Positions 1 through 9,685 of a stretch of 64,000 bases of DNA are shown piece after piece. The position numbers were made by a program, and so were the translations under genes. Under the pieces are notes generated by a model. The model made no database searches, was not told the origin of the DNA, and was given only the letters and a program-made list of their open reading frames with translations. The DNA is taken from IMG/VR virus record IMGVR_UViG_3300028591_000007, positions 71,706 to 135,705 of that record; one strand, written 5' to 3'. How positions within the stretch are numbered: position 1 is the first letter of the stretch; every line of letters starts with the position of its first letter. The stretch comes from a virus (Duplodnaviria > Caudoviricetes).

Positions 1-1117
1 TCATACCTATCTTCTGACGCATTTCGTTACTTGTCATAATTTCATTTCTAGACAATACGTCAGCAAGTTTAGCAATTTCACTAACAGGTATAAGCCTAAA
101 CGGATCATCATAGTAAATAATTGACTGACCTTTTGTACGAGCAGTCTTTGTCAACCATTTACGTTTCATTTCATCACAAATTGCAGCACAGATGGGTTCA
201 ATTGTTCTTTTAATATAATTGTTCATCTCTACTTCATTTGCAGTTCCGTTTAGAATTGCATCAGTGATACCTAGATGATTCTTGTAAGTCTCCATCAAAT
301 ATTTGATATGTTCGAGGAGATTCGACTCAAGAGGCCTACTCAACTGAATAAGTTTCTCATTAATATCCATATACGCAATACCGTAAGGATTATTAACAAG
401 CTGGTCTTCAATCTCTTTTCTTCGTCTTGTTGCATTATCTTGATGAAGTTGAGATCTTGTTGAATAAGGTACTTGAATAATCATATTTAACTTGTTTGAT
501 GCGTTTTCATTGTCAACAACATCAAGCAGAGCTAACTTTTTAAATATCCTACTTAGAATAGAACTTGGTGCGTTCATTATTTCGTACATAGGATTTTGAA
601 CAATACATACAATCTCTTTATCAAGTAATAGTTTCTCAATTCGTCCAGTTTTGTCGTTGTATATTTCAACTTCAACCTTTCTTGGATACCATTGAACTAT
701 GTCGCCGCACCTGACGTCGTATATATCGTATGTACCGGTTTCATTAGGATTGTCATCAGATACTATTGGAGCAAGAGCAACAACTCCTTGTGCAAACATT
801 CTTTGAACTGCATCTTGTATAAAAGCTCGTCCTGTCTGATCAATGTTTGCACTGACATTAAGACACTCATTTAAAGGAGAATCTATATGATCTACAAAAT
901 TACCGTCTACATCTACCTTTGCATGCATTATCTCAACACTAGCTACATCAATTGCTATACGATTAAATATAGAATTAATCATAGAACGATCAGTTTGTGA
1001 TCTGTTTTGTGTTCGCTCTGGATAATAGTATGAACTTGGTCCTAACTCTTGTACTGGCGTAGGATCTTTATTCATAAATGCATTCCAGGCATGTTTTATT
1101 CTGTTTTTAAAGTCCAT
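1..1117 (-). CDS. phage portal protein (3' end outside window)
   Basis: Not in the ORF track. Reads MDFKNRIKHAWNAFMNKDPT from the ATG at 1117, after an AAGGAG RBS, directly downstream of terL. Confidence 0.8.
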   Translation of the reverse strand, partial: MDFKNRIKHAWNAFMNKDPTPVQELGPSSYYYPERTQNRSQTDRSMINSIFNRIAIDVASVEIMHAKVDVDGNFVDHIDSPLNECLNVSANIDQTGRAFIQDAVQRMFAQGVVALAPIVSDDNPNETGTYDIYDVRCGDIVQWYPRKVEVEIYNDKTGRIEKLLLDKEIVCIVQNPMYEIMNAPSSILSRIFKKLALLDVVDNENASNKLNMIIQVPYSTRSQLHQDNATRRRKEIEDQLVNNPYGIAYMDINEKLIQLSRPLESNLLEHIKYLMETYKNHLGITDAILNGTANEVEMNNYIKRTIEPICAAICDEMKRKWLTKTARTKGQSIIYYDDPFRLIPVSEIAKLADVLSRNEIMTSNEMRQKIGM

Positions 1118-1151
1118 TATGCATCTCCTTTTGATTACAATCCATTTTGAA

Positions 1152-2894
1152 TTATTCGAAAAAGTCTTTGTTTAATTTATATGCTACAAAAGCATCCATT
1201 AACGCAGACACGTTATCAATCTTATCTTGGTGTCTCTTTTTATGTAACTTTCTATTACCATTACTATCTTCACTAACAACTGCATTCTCCATAGCATAAC
1301 TCATCAGTTGTTCATCAAATAATAACATTCTATTTTCAGCAAGTTTCTTTAACTCACCAAGTGGTACTGATTCAGTTCTAACACCTTGTATTACTTTCTC
1401 AATTCCGTAAGGTCCATTATCCCTAGCCCATCGTTCAACAAACTCTTTAGCATTGTAAGGGTCATAACCTAAACATTCTATAGAGTATTGATGAGCTGCA
1501 ATAAACTGTTCCAGATCTTCATATACAATATTTAAATCCAAAACAGTAGCATCCATAACAACTAATGAACCTTCTTCAATGAAAGTATCATATAATAATC
1601 TTGTTGCCAAAGTCAGTTTAGATTGGGTTAATGTTGTAATATAACTTCGTGTCTTAACACCAAATGTACCATTAGAAAGTGGAAATAGAAAAGTAAATGC
1701 ACAAAAGTCATCACCTTGAGATAAGTCACAACCCATTGCACAAGACATGTTCCAAAATTCTTGATGAGGTCCTGGAACTGTTTCTTCATATGTGAAGTAA
1801 TATGTGAAACCTTCCATTGGAATATTAAACATCTTTGCAAGTATTTCATTTCTTAAAGACGGGAACGCATTTGCTTTCTTAACATCTTCTAAGTAATCCT
1901 CTTCTGAAGTTGTATAACCAATGTTAGGATTAGCTTTACGCCACATAAAAGGATAGTTAATCTCTTCCTTATTATCTAGCTTGTAATAGAAAATACTTGT
2001 GTGTGGATCTACGAACGTACCTTTGAGTATGTCCATTAACATCATTTTGATTGTATCACCAACACCATGTCTAATAGTTCCTTCTGATGAGGTACAAAGT
2101 AATAAGTAATCTGGTACTTTCTTTGCACCCTGTTCAATTGCTTCTATAGGATTCTCCTTAGTCTCACCTGATAACCATTCATCAAGACTTGCGACTTTAC
2201 AGCGCAAACCCTGAAGCGAATCAATCGACAATGGTCTTACTTCAAGAAGTGAGTTTGTTAAGAAGTTCTGTATTCCTTTCTTTGTAGAAGCAACTTTAAC
2301 TCTATTAGCTTTTGAGCCAGTAGTGTTATTAATTGAACCTTCTGTAAGAAATTTGAATAATGGGCCTCTAGCTTTAGTAAGTGCAGTCTTTATTGGAGAC
2401 ATTACTTCTTCAGCCTGTCTCATAGTTGGTGCTACTGCTATTTGGTGAGTAGTAGAATTATCTATATTCAAGAAGTAATTATGTATTGTACTTGAATACA
2501 GTGACTTTGATGCACGTCTCCCAACTATAAGAAATTGCTTGTGTATAAGTCGTCTACGAACGTTTTTTGTGACATAATGTCCGGGTTGTCCGTCATGTCC
2601 TTTAACAAATACTTGTGCCGGTTCAAAGTAATACCAACCAAATATCTGTTCAGCCCATAACTTAAATGAATCGAGTAGGACTAAATCCGAACCGTCTGTC
2701 AAAGTTAGTTCTTTCTCGCAGAACTTTATATAACCTTCTACAGGACCTCTATCATACCAAACTGTTGGATTCGCAATTAATCTATCAATTCGTTGCATCT
2801 CCATTGAAATAGTTTGACAGACAGGTATTTCTGCAGCTAAGACAGCGTCTCGAAATTGCCCATAATATTTCGGTACAGCTGTATTTGATATCAT
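1152..2894 (-). CDS. terL: terminase large subunit
   Basis: Walker A-like VGRRASKS, Walker B SLDEW, nuclease GCDLS and C-terminal KIDNVSA; upstream of portal. Confidence 0.95.
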   Translation of the reverse strand: MISNTAVPKYYGQFRDAVLAAEIPVCQTISMEMQRIDRLIANPTVWYDRGPVEGYIKFCEKELTLTDGSDLVLLDSFKLWAEQIFGWYYFEPAQVFVKGHDGQPGHYVTKNVRRRLIHKQFLIVGRRASKSLYSSTIHNYFLNIDNSTTHQIAVAPTMRQAEEVMSPIKTALTKARGPLFKFLTEGSINNTTGSKANRVKVASTKKGIQNFLTNSLLEVRPLSIDSLQGLRCKVASLDEWLSGETKENPIEAIEQGAKKVPDYLLLCTSSEGTIRHGVGDTIKMMLMDILKGTFVDPHTSIFYYKLDNKEEINYPFMWRKANPNIGYTTSEEDYLEDVKKANAFPSLRNEILAKMFNIPMEGFTYYFTYEETVPGPHQEFWNMSCAMGCDLSQGDDFCAFTFLFPLSNGTFGVKTRSYITTLTQSKLTLATRLLYDTFIEEGSLVVMDATVLDLNIVYEDLEQFIAAHQYSIECLGYDPYNAKEFVERWARDNGPYGIEKVIQGVRTESVPLGELKKLAENRMLLFDEQLMSYAMENAVVSEDSNGNRKLHKKRHQDKIDNVSALMDAFVAYKLNKDFFE

Positions 2895-2912
2895 ATAATT
2901 ACCTTTCTTTGC

Positions 2913-4523
2913 TTAGTCTATTCTGCCTTCGTCATAGGCATTTAACCAAGCATCTACGTACTCTTCGGCCTTCTTCTCAGCATCTTTAGAGTTCATCTTA
3001 CGTTCTTTCATATATTTCTTTTTCATATCTTTGACCCAATCGTCTATTACATCTGAGTCATGTTTCTTGAGATCTTTCTTCCATTGTTCATTACGAACTA
3101 CTGGTTCATTAAAGTAATCTGTTTCTGTAGTCTTTAACTGACCGAGATACTTCTTGGTAATGCTATTAGTTCTCTTGTCGTCAAGATCGAAGTCAGTTCC
3201 TTTAACATCTTCTTTATTCTTTTTGGAGAACCAGCCACCAATAGAACTCTTCTTGGATTGACTACCGATAAGATCGTATAAGTCGTGAATAGTGTCTTCA
3301 TCAGTTATACCTTTTGAAATAGCTTTTTCACGGAAATCGTCTTCACTAACTTTCTTACCTTTCTTACCAGAGTTACTATTATCACCTTTACCTTTACCGC
3401 TGCCAGAATTATCAAGTGATCCCCATTTGTCCTTGAAATCCTGCATAGACATTTTATTTGATTTCATACTTTCGTAGTCTGTTTCTCTATCTTTTGAAAG
3501 TAATTTCTTCCAATCGGTATCAAGATCAGTCTGTATGTTCTCTCTTATAAGTTTACGATTTTCGAGTGCTTGTTTTGCATTCTTAAGAGATTCTGCTTCA
3601 GTAAGAGGTTTGTTTAAAGGATTATAGAACCAATCAAGTTCTTTCTCAGCTTTCTCGGCCTCAATCTCTTCTTTCCTTGTCTTCGGTTTACTCTTAGGAT
3701 CCTTAAGCCATTGTAACTCAAGTTCTTCTTTTTCAGTCATTGGTTTGCTCTTAGGATTCTTAAGCCAATCTAATTCTAACTTATCTTTCTCAAGAGCAAT
3801 CTCTTCTTTCTTGGTAAGGGGCTTGGCTTTAGGATTTTTCAAGTATTCAAGTTCCGTAGCGCTCTTCTTTTCGCTAATAAGCTGACTTCTCTTTTCAGAA
3901 GCCTTCTTAGAAGCTTCATTAAGTTTGTTACTAATATTTGTGATTGGTGTAACAACTCTTTCAGCACTATTCAGAAACTTAGCTGCTTTGTCCATAAAGT
4001 AAACGCTATCTTTCTTGTTAGCATTCTCTAATGTTCTAAGATTCTGCATCTTGTTGAAACGAACTATTGCTTCATCAATCTCGTCATTAGTAAATTTGCT
4101 GATATTTCTTGAAATAAAGGAGAGATCACCGTTTTCGAGTGCCTCTCTTTTATCTCTATTAAACTCTCGTTTAGCTCTACGCTCTGCCTCATTATGTCTA
4201 GCACGCTTTCTAGCTTCACGGAGTTCTTGACGAGTCATATCCTTATATGCCTTACTACCAATCTTTATGTCTTCGCTTTTGTCTATTGACTCTTCAATTC
4301 CATTCTTGTGAGCATTGGCATCTTTTTCTTTTTGTTTCTCTTCTCGGATGTAACCAACTCGTCTTCTTTCTTTACCAAGTTCTGTATAAGTTCCATCAGG
4401 ATTTTGATAATTTCGCTGTCCCCACTTCTGGCCTTTTACACCATAATGTTCAAGCGAATTCTGATCATCTTCTTGCATTACTGCTTGTAGTTCTTCATTC
4501 ATTTGCATCATCCTCCGCTTCAA
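2913..4523 (-). CDS. HYG-motif (LEHYGVKGQKWG) phage protein, probably virion-associated, with internal repeats
   Basis: N-terminal HYGxKGxKWG motif; four EL-x-W/Y-LKNPKSKP-x-T repeats; true start probably near 4502-4508. Confidence 0.7.
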   Translation of the reverse strand: MKRRMMQMNEELQAVMQEDDQNSLEHYGVKGQKWGQRNYQNPDGTYTELGKERRRVGYIREEKQKEKDANAHKNGIEESIDKSEDIKIGSKAYKDMTRQELREARKRARHNEAERRAKREFNRDKREALENGDLSFISRNISKFTNDEIDEAIVRFNKMQNLRTLENANKKDSVYFMDKAAKFLNSAERVVTPITNISNKLNEASKKASEKRSQLISEKKSATELEYLKNPKAKPLTKKEEIALEKDKLELDWLKNPKSKPMTEKEELELQWLKDPKSKPKTRKEEIEAEKAEKELDWFYNPLNKPLTEAESLKNAKQALENRKLIRENIQTDLDTDWKKLLSKDRETDYESMKSNKMSMQDFKDKWGSLDNSGSGKGKGDNSNSGKKGKKVSEDDFREKAISKGITDEDTIHDLYDLIGSQSKKSSIGGWFSKKNKEDVKGTDFDLDDKRTNSITKKYLGQLKTTETDYFNEPVVRNEQWKKDLKKHDSDVIDDWVKDMKKKYMKERKMNSKDAEKKAEEYVDAWLNAYDEGRID

Positions 4524-4842
4524 CTTTTAATAAGTACTCGTATTCTTTTATTTGTTCTTCCATATGCTTTGATAAAGAAGAATTTGTTGCGGGATCAAAT
4601 AATGATTTAACTTTAAGATAGATGTAAACTTTACACATTTCTTCTTGTGTTATGTCTACAACAAATTTGTCCCATGTAGTGCTGCTGTCTTTTATTGAGA
4701 AGCCTTTAACTGGACCGACACCAAGCTGTGTCAGCCTTGCAAACGCAGCATTAATAAATATTATTATCTCTTGATCGAATGATTCATCTTCTGGCATAAG
4801 AGATAACTGTGTTTTGATTGATGTCAGTATGCTCTCATTCAT
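4495..4842 (-). CDS. head-tail connector/adaptor-like protein
   Basis: SIL..IK..L, FD.EI..FIN.AF..L.QLGVG and FDP pattern of a gp6/gp15-type adaptor; packaging-module context. Confidence 0.6.
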   Translation of the reverse strand: MNESILTSIKTQLSLMPEDESFDQEIIIFINAAFARLTQLGVGPVKGFSIKDSSTTWDKFVVDITQEEMCKVYIYLKVKSLFDPATNSSLSKHMEEQIKEYEYLLKVEAEDDANE

Positions 4843-4853
4843 AGTCTTCTCCT

Positions 4854-5093
4854 TTACAGAGTAGCAGTTCCCTTTTTCTGTACCTTTACTGTCTTGGGTT
4901 CCGGTTTAATTTCAACCTTAGGTTCAATTTTCTTAATCTCAACTGCTGGTGTTTCAACAGGTTTCACTGTTGTATCAAGTATTGGATTTGTTGCAGGTAC
5001 AGATTCTTCTACAGCAACATCTTCTACTACATGTGTTTCTGCTTCATTTGTAACTTCTTCGTTGTTCTGATAAAAGTTTCTATTCTTTCCCAT
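4854..5093 (-). CDS. hypothetical protein
   Basis: ORF with AAGGAG RBS that tiles the operon. Confidence 0.6.
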   Translation of the reverse strand: MGKNRNFYQNNEEVTNEAETHVVEDVAVEESVPATNPILDTTVKPVETPAVEIKKIEPKVEIKPEPKTVKVQKKGTATL

Positions 5094-5109
5094 TTTGGTA
5101 TTTCTCCTT

Positions 5110-5610
5110 TCATCTTATTATTGTCGGAATGTGTTCATACTTTGCAGTGAACATGTCTTGATCACCTGGATAACGTCTTACTGGATCTTTTGCAATTCTT
5201 GAAACATTTATGTCGCCGTAGTGAATTGCATTATGTGTCTCGAATGAAACACAGATCAAGTATTCAGGATCTAACAAGAATGGAGTACGATTAATAATGT
5301 CATCGGTAGTAATTGGATTCATATGATGTATTATTATTTTGACCTTATTAGGTATTTCGTATTCCGGTATTGCTAAATCACAAGCATTATCTCGTATAAC
5401 AATTTGTCTTTTAATTCTTGCCCATTCGATCGACTTGTAAAAGTTTTGGTTCATCCATCTTCTACTATAAGGACCGAATGTATCTTCTCCTATTCTCCCG
5501 TCAAGTTTTAAGTACTCGAAACGTTCTTTAAATGTTGGAAGTTGCATTAACTCAGTATACGTCCTGATACGGTCCGTAACCATCATTATCACCTTCCTCG
5601 TACTCGTCAT
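5110..5610 (-). CDS. HNH endonuclease (packaging-associated type)
   Basis: W..IK..IVIRDNAC ... IIHHMNP ... HNAIH motifs; upstream of terminase. Confidence 0.85.
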   Translation of the reverse strand: MTSTRKVIMMVTDRIRTYTELMQLPTFKERFEYLKLDGRIGEDTFGPYSRRWMNQNFYKSIEWARIKRQIVIRDNACDLAIPEYEIPNKVKIIIHHMNPITTDDIINRTPFLLDPEYLICVSFETHNAIHYGDINVSRIAKDPVRRYPGDQDMFTAKYEHIPTIIR

Positions 5611-5926
5611 AGTTTATACCTTGGTATTCTTGGAATGCCGAGATTATTTGTCCATATAATTCTTCTGTGCTTCTTGAACGTTCGATGTCGGCAACTCTTG
5701 CTTGAATTAATTTTGTTTCTTCTTCCAATTTTATTCTTTCTAGTCTTGCTTCAGGTGAAGCTTGCTTAACAAAATATAAGATCTCGGCTGAAGACGCCAC
5801 ACCATTTCGCATTCTTTGTTCAGCCAAGTCCATTGCAAGAGAGCCCATCTGTAGAGTTCTTTCCTCATCAGAAGACGCCGGCGGGAAGTCCGGAGTGTTT
5901 GGTTTCACTCTCTTGTCTTCTTTCAT
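5552..5926 (-). CDS. hypothetical protein, candidate terminase small subunit
   Basis: Helical 124-aa protein, first gene of the packaging operon; the function is inferred from position only. Confidence 0.4.
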   Translation of the reverse strand: MKEDKRVKPNTPDFPPASSDEERTLQMGSLAMDLAEQRMRNGVASSAEILYFVKQASPEARLERIKLEEETKLIQARVADIERSRSTEELYGQIISAFQEYQGINYDEYEEGDNDGYGPYQDVY

Positions 5927-5955
5927 ACACTTTCCTTCCTTTTCTATTTGCTTAA

Positions 5956-6136
5956 CAGTGAGGTCTATCCCACTTTAAAGCTCCACTGACACACTTTAGC
6001 CACAGTTTATTGGGCGTGACTGAGCTAATACCGCTTTGACTTCTGCAATCTTATGAAGGGCTTACAAAAATCAGTTAAAGGATAAGGAGACGAACCTAGC
6101 GAGACAATGGAGCTTTAGAGTGAGAAGACCCCACTG
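5956..6136. other. long inverted repeat (~33-bp imperfect stem enclosing ~110 nt) in late-operon leader
   Basis: CAGTGAGGTCTATCCCACTTTAAAGCTCCACTG pairs with CAATGGAGCTTTAGAGTGAGAAGACCCCACTG. Confidence 0.7.
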
Positions 6137-6311
6137 GTAAAGCCCCGGGTATAAAATCAAATATCAGCAGATCCCCCCGGAGAAATTTCGAAGTGGCGCT
6201 CGAAGCAAGAGTCCCATTCTTTCCCACGAACCCCCCGGGGTGTGTTTTATAGATATTAAGGGGTATATGTTCTTGGATAAACATTTTATAAACTTAATAT
6301 TAATAAAAACA

Positions 6312-6632
6312 TTAACTGAATCTGTCAACATCATCAACATTGTCGTCACTATACTCTTCCTCAGCTTTAACAACAGCATCCCAATCAGGTTCAGGTACTT
6401 CACGTACTAACTTCTTGTAGGTCTGAGGCATTAGCTTAACCCAACGATCAATGACTTGCTCCTTAATAGCTTCGTTATAGCTATCAGGTAAGCTGTCAGC
6501 AGGAGCAGGTGCAAGACGAGCTAACAATGCACAAGTGTTGTAACCAAACTGCATGTCAATCTTGTACCATTCCTCGAAATTGTCAAAGGGATTAAATGGA
6601 TTGTCTACTGTGGTAAGCATTACTTCTCTCAT
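6312..6632 (-). CDS. hypothetical protein
   Basis: ORF with strong AAAGGAGG RBS; MLTTVDNPFNP N-terminus. Confidence 0.75.
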   Translation of the reverse strand: MREVMLTTVDNPFNPFDNFEEWYKIDMQFGYNTCALLARLAPAPADSLPDSYNEAIKEQVIDRWVKLMPQTYKKLVREVPEPDWDAVVKAEEEYSDDNVDDVDRFS

Positions 6633-6760
6633 AGATTAATCCTCCTTTCCCTTTTATTATTATTACTATTATTATTTATTGACCCATTACAAATATCACA
6701 GTGAGTAGAAGGAACAACAACTGTGAGTGTAAATGTAAATATAAATGAATCTCTCATAGC

Positions 6761-9685
6761 TTACTCCTCCTTACCCTTAACATACTTGAAGACTGTTGTC
6801 TTAGATACACCAAGACGCTTAGCAATGTCCTCAAGAGTGTAACCGCTATTAGCCATAGACTTGATAAGATTCTGCTTGGTCTTAGGCAGTGTGTTAGCAG
6901 GTGCTTGAGGTGATGCAAGCTTCTTGACCTTATCACTATCAGCGTTCTTAAGGATCTCACGTAGCTTAGAAGGGCTAATGGCATTCTTCTGTATAGCTTC
7001 CCACTCACGAGGAGTAATCTCAACTTGTACATCCTTCTTATTAGCACCAACACGAGCTCTAGCCTTAGTCATCTGTAACTGTGCTTCCTTCTTGACCTTC
7101 TCGTTGTCCATACCAGGATTAGCTTCCTTGATCTCACGCATAGCAACATTAGCCAATACCTGTGCTTGTCTTTCTTTAGGTGCATTCCTTAAAGCATTCT
7201 CAAGTTTATTATTCAAAGATTCAACTTCTTCTTTATAAGCTTCTCTTGCTTCAGGATTACATTTTGCAGGTTTTATAGCTAATGATTCTTTACGAGCTTC
7301 AATTGCTAATCTTTTCATATTATTTGCATATTCTGCATAAAGTTCTTCCTGAATAAATCCTTTCTTAGGATTACTCATAAGTTCTCTTGCATCAGCAACC
7401 TGTGACATTTTAGAAACTTTTACTTTTACAGGTTCTTCTTTAAATATAACATTTCCATTCTCATCAGTTTTGAATGTGCCATCTTTATTTTTCTGAGGCT
7501 TCATTCTTGTACGACCTGTAGGCATATACATAAGTTCGCCAGATTCGTCTGGTCTCCAAGCTTTCTTAAGTTCTCCAGTCTTGGGATCGATTTTTGCTAA
7601 CTGAACTTCGTCTATATGTTGTTCAGAACCAGCTCTTGAAAGAAGAGTTCCAGCTCCACCATAACCTATAACATTACCGTCAGCATCATACTTCTTCTGA
7701 TACTTTTTCTTAAGGCTTTCGATATCATTCTCTTTGTAACTTCTCTGCCAATCAAGATTGTGTTTGTCTGCATCGATAACTGTGTTAGCATACTTAACTG
7801 CTCTTACTAACTCACCATCTTCAGCACCAATCATTGTCATGTCGGTAATTAAGTTTGAGATGATACCCATTTCCGTCTGAGTTCTCTTCTTGTCAAGGTG
7901 TTTCATTCCTTCTCTGTAAGGATACTCAGCTTTTGCATCAAAGCCAACAAGTCCTTCAAGAGGTGGTCTGTTCTTAATGTCTACTATCTTACTTGTAGGT
8001 ATTACAGTAACAGTATCCCCATCGAAGTCTGCTCCTGACATTATTTCTGCAACATTGTGGTTAATACCAATTGCATCGGGAGCTAAAGGACCTATAAACT
8101 TCTTGCCTTCTTTGTTTTTGTTATTTACAATCAGTCTAGGAATCTGGAATGTTCCTTCATGAGGATATCTGACTAATATAACTTCCTCACCATTATCATA
8201 GCCAGGTGCATAGACTTCATTGTCTTTCAAAGTGTTAATAGGAATTATAACATGTGACTGCTGTCTTGGTAATGCTGCTGCCTTAAGATCTACTGCTGCA
8301 CTATCGCACTGACTTGCAAACTCTTCAAGAGCTTTCTGTCTAACAACATCATTTGTATAATTCTTTATTTCATTGAATTCGTCAAGAGCTTCAGCATATG
8401 TTAAGTTAAGCTGTCTCTTGATAAGTTCTTTAGGCTGTTTACTTAAGAACTGTGAAGGAAGAGTCTTAGACCAACCTTGCCAAGTTCCTTCAGCATTAAC
8501 TTTATTTATCAAACCAAGATGCTCTTTACCGTCATCACCAATATAATGGTCTTGTCCATTAGTCATGATCTTTGCACCAAAGACTGCATCAACATCTGTT
8601 GTATCCTTGATAGGCTTAAGAGCTTTAGCATCGCCCTTTGATCTGGGCTTAGAACTGTTTACAACAATATCATAACCTTCAGGTATCTCATCAGAATATA
8701 CAGCCATTCCTTTAATGTATCTTGTAGTAGGTTCAGGATTACCATAATCATCTACTTTACCTTTAACATCACAATTCTTAACTGCAATTCTAACCTGTGC
8801 ATAAGTAGAATTTCCAAGAGATAAGTCTTTCAAACCTGGTCTAATCTCAACCATACCATCTCTCTCAGCTCCACCTTCATCAGGATACTTAATATAAACT
8901 CTACTTCTATCAATAGCTTCAGGCCATTCAGGAACCCACCAAGTTCTACCAGCATCAGGTGTATAATCTTCAACTGCATGAATCTTCTCGAGATTGTTTA
9001 ATATCTCTTTCTTGGTTGTTCCAGCTGGAGCTAATATCGTAGTGTTTGTATACTGACCAGGATTGGTTACCTGTCTCAGATTAATTACATGAATAGAATA
9101 TCCTTTCTCTCTAAGCATTATTGAAGCAGTTCTCAACTGACTTGAACTAATACCTGTCTTAGGAGCATCAGGTGACCAAGGATATCCAAGTTCTGTTCCT
9201 GTTGAAATATCCAAATATCCGCCTTTCTGCTTAAGAATCTTCTCAAGTCTGTCTGCAACTTGCTGATTCAACTGTTTCTTAGGAGCTTTAGCATTCTTGT
9301 AAATGGAACGAGCTGTTGATTCATTCTTTAAGCCCATCTCCTGTGCTATAGCTGTCCAACCCATACCTTTCTTATCATGAAGTCTAACAACTCTAACTCT
9401 CTGAGCTTCTTTCTCTTGCTGTGAAGACATTGAACGACGTGCTTTAAGTTCATTAATTGAACAATCGCAAAGGTCAGCAATTTCTTTATCACTCATTCCT
9501 TTATTGTGACAATCATTATAAAAGCGATGAAAATCTTCATTTCTTTGATAAGGATTATCTCCTGAACCCCAAGGATATCTACCAGAATGTCTAGGGGTTC
9601 CATAATGTTGTAATGATGACTCCGTTTCATGGAGTTCAATATATGCTTTGATTTTGTCATCTAAAGACATATTAGTAGTATCCAT
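6761..9685 (-). CDS. single-chain double-psi-barrel (YonO/RdRP-like) DNA-dependent RNA polymerase, putative
   Basis: YAQVRI and YIKGMA (barrel B-like); LVRYPH followed by MSGADFDGDTV (DxDGD at 8015-8029); HTH-like segments at both ends; N-terminal LQHYG motif. Confidence 0.8.
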   Translation of the reverse strand: MDTTNMSLDDKIKAYIELHETESSLQHYGTPRHSGRYPWGSGDNPYQRNEDFHRFYNDCHNKGMSDKEIADLCDCSINELKARRSMSSQQEKEAQRVRVVRLHDKKGMGWTAIAQEMGLKNESTARSIYKNAKAPKKQLNQQVADRLEKILKQKGGYLDISTGTELGYPWSPDAPKTGISSSQLRTASIMLREKGYSIHVINLRQVTNPGQYTNTTILAPAGTTKKEILNNLEKIHAVEDYTPDAGRTWWVPEWPEAIDRSRVYIKYPDEGGAERDGMVEIRPGLKDLSLGNSTYAQVRIAVKNCDVKGKVDDYGNPEPTTRYIKGMAVYSDEIPEGYDIVVNSSKPRSKGDAKALKPIKDTTDVDAVFGAKIMTNGQDHYIGDDGKEHLGLINKVNAEGTWQGWSKTLPSQFLSKQPKELIKRQLNLTYAEALDEFNEIKNYTNDVVRQKALEEFASQCDSAAVDLKAAALPRQQSHVIIPINTLKDNEVYAPGYDNGEEVILVRYPHEGTFQIPRLIVNNKNKEGKKFIGPLAPDAIGINHNVAEIMSGADFDGDTVTVIPTSKIVDIKNRPPLEGLVGFDAKAEYPYREGMKHLDKKRTQTEMGIISNLITDMTMIGAEDGELVRAVKYANTVIDADKHNLDWQRSYKENDIESLKKKYQKKYDADGNVIGYGGAGTLLSRAGSEQHIDEVQLAKIDPKTGELKKAWRPDESGELMYMPTGRTRMKPQKNKDGTFKTDENGNVIFKEEPVKVKVSKMSQVADARELMSNPKKGFIQEELYAEYANNMKRLAIEARKESLAIKPAKCNPEAREAYKEEVESLNNKLENALRNAPKERQAQVLANVAMREIKEANPGMDNEKVKKEAQLQMTKARARVGANKKDVQVEITPREWEAIQKNAISPSKLREILKNADSDKVKKLASPQAPANTLPKTKQNLIKSMANSGYTLEDIAKRLGVSKTTVFKYVKGKEE

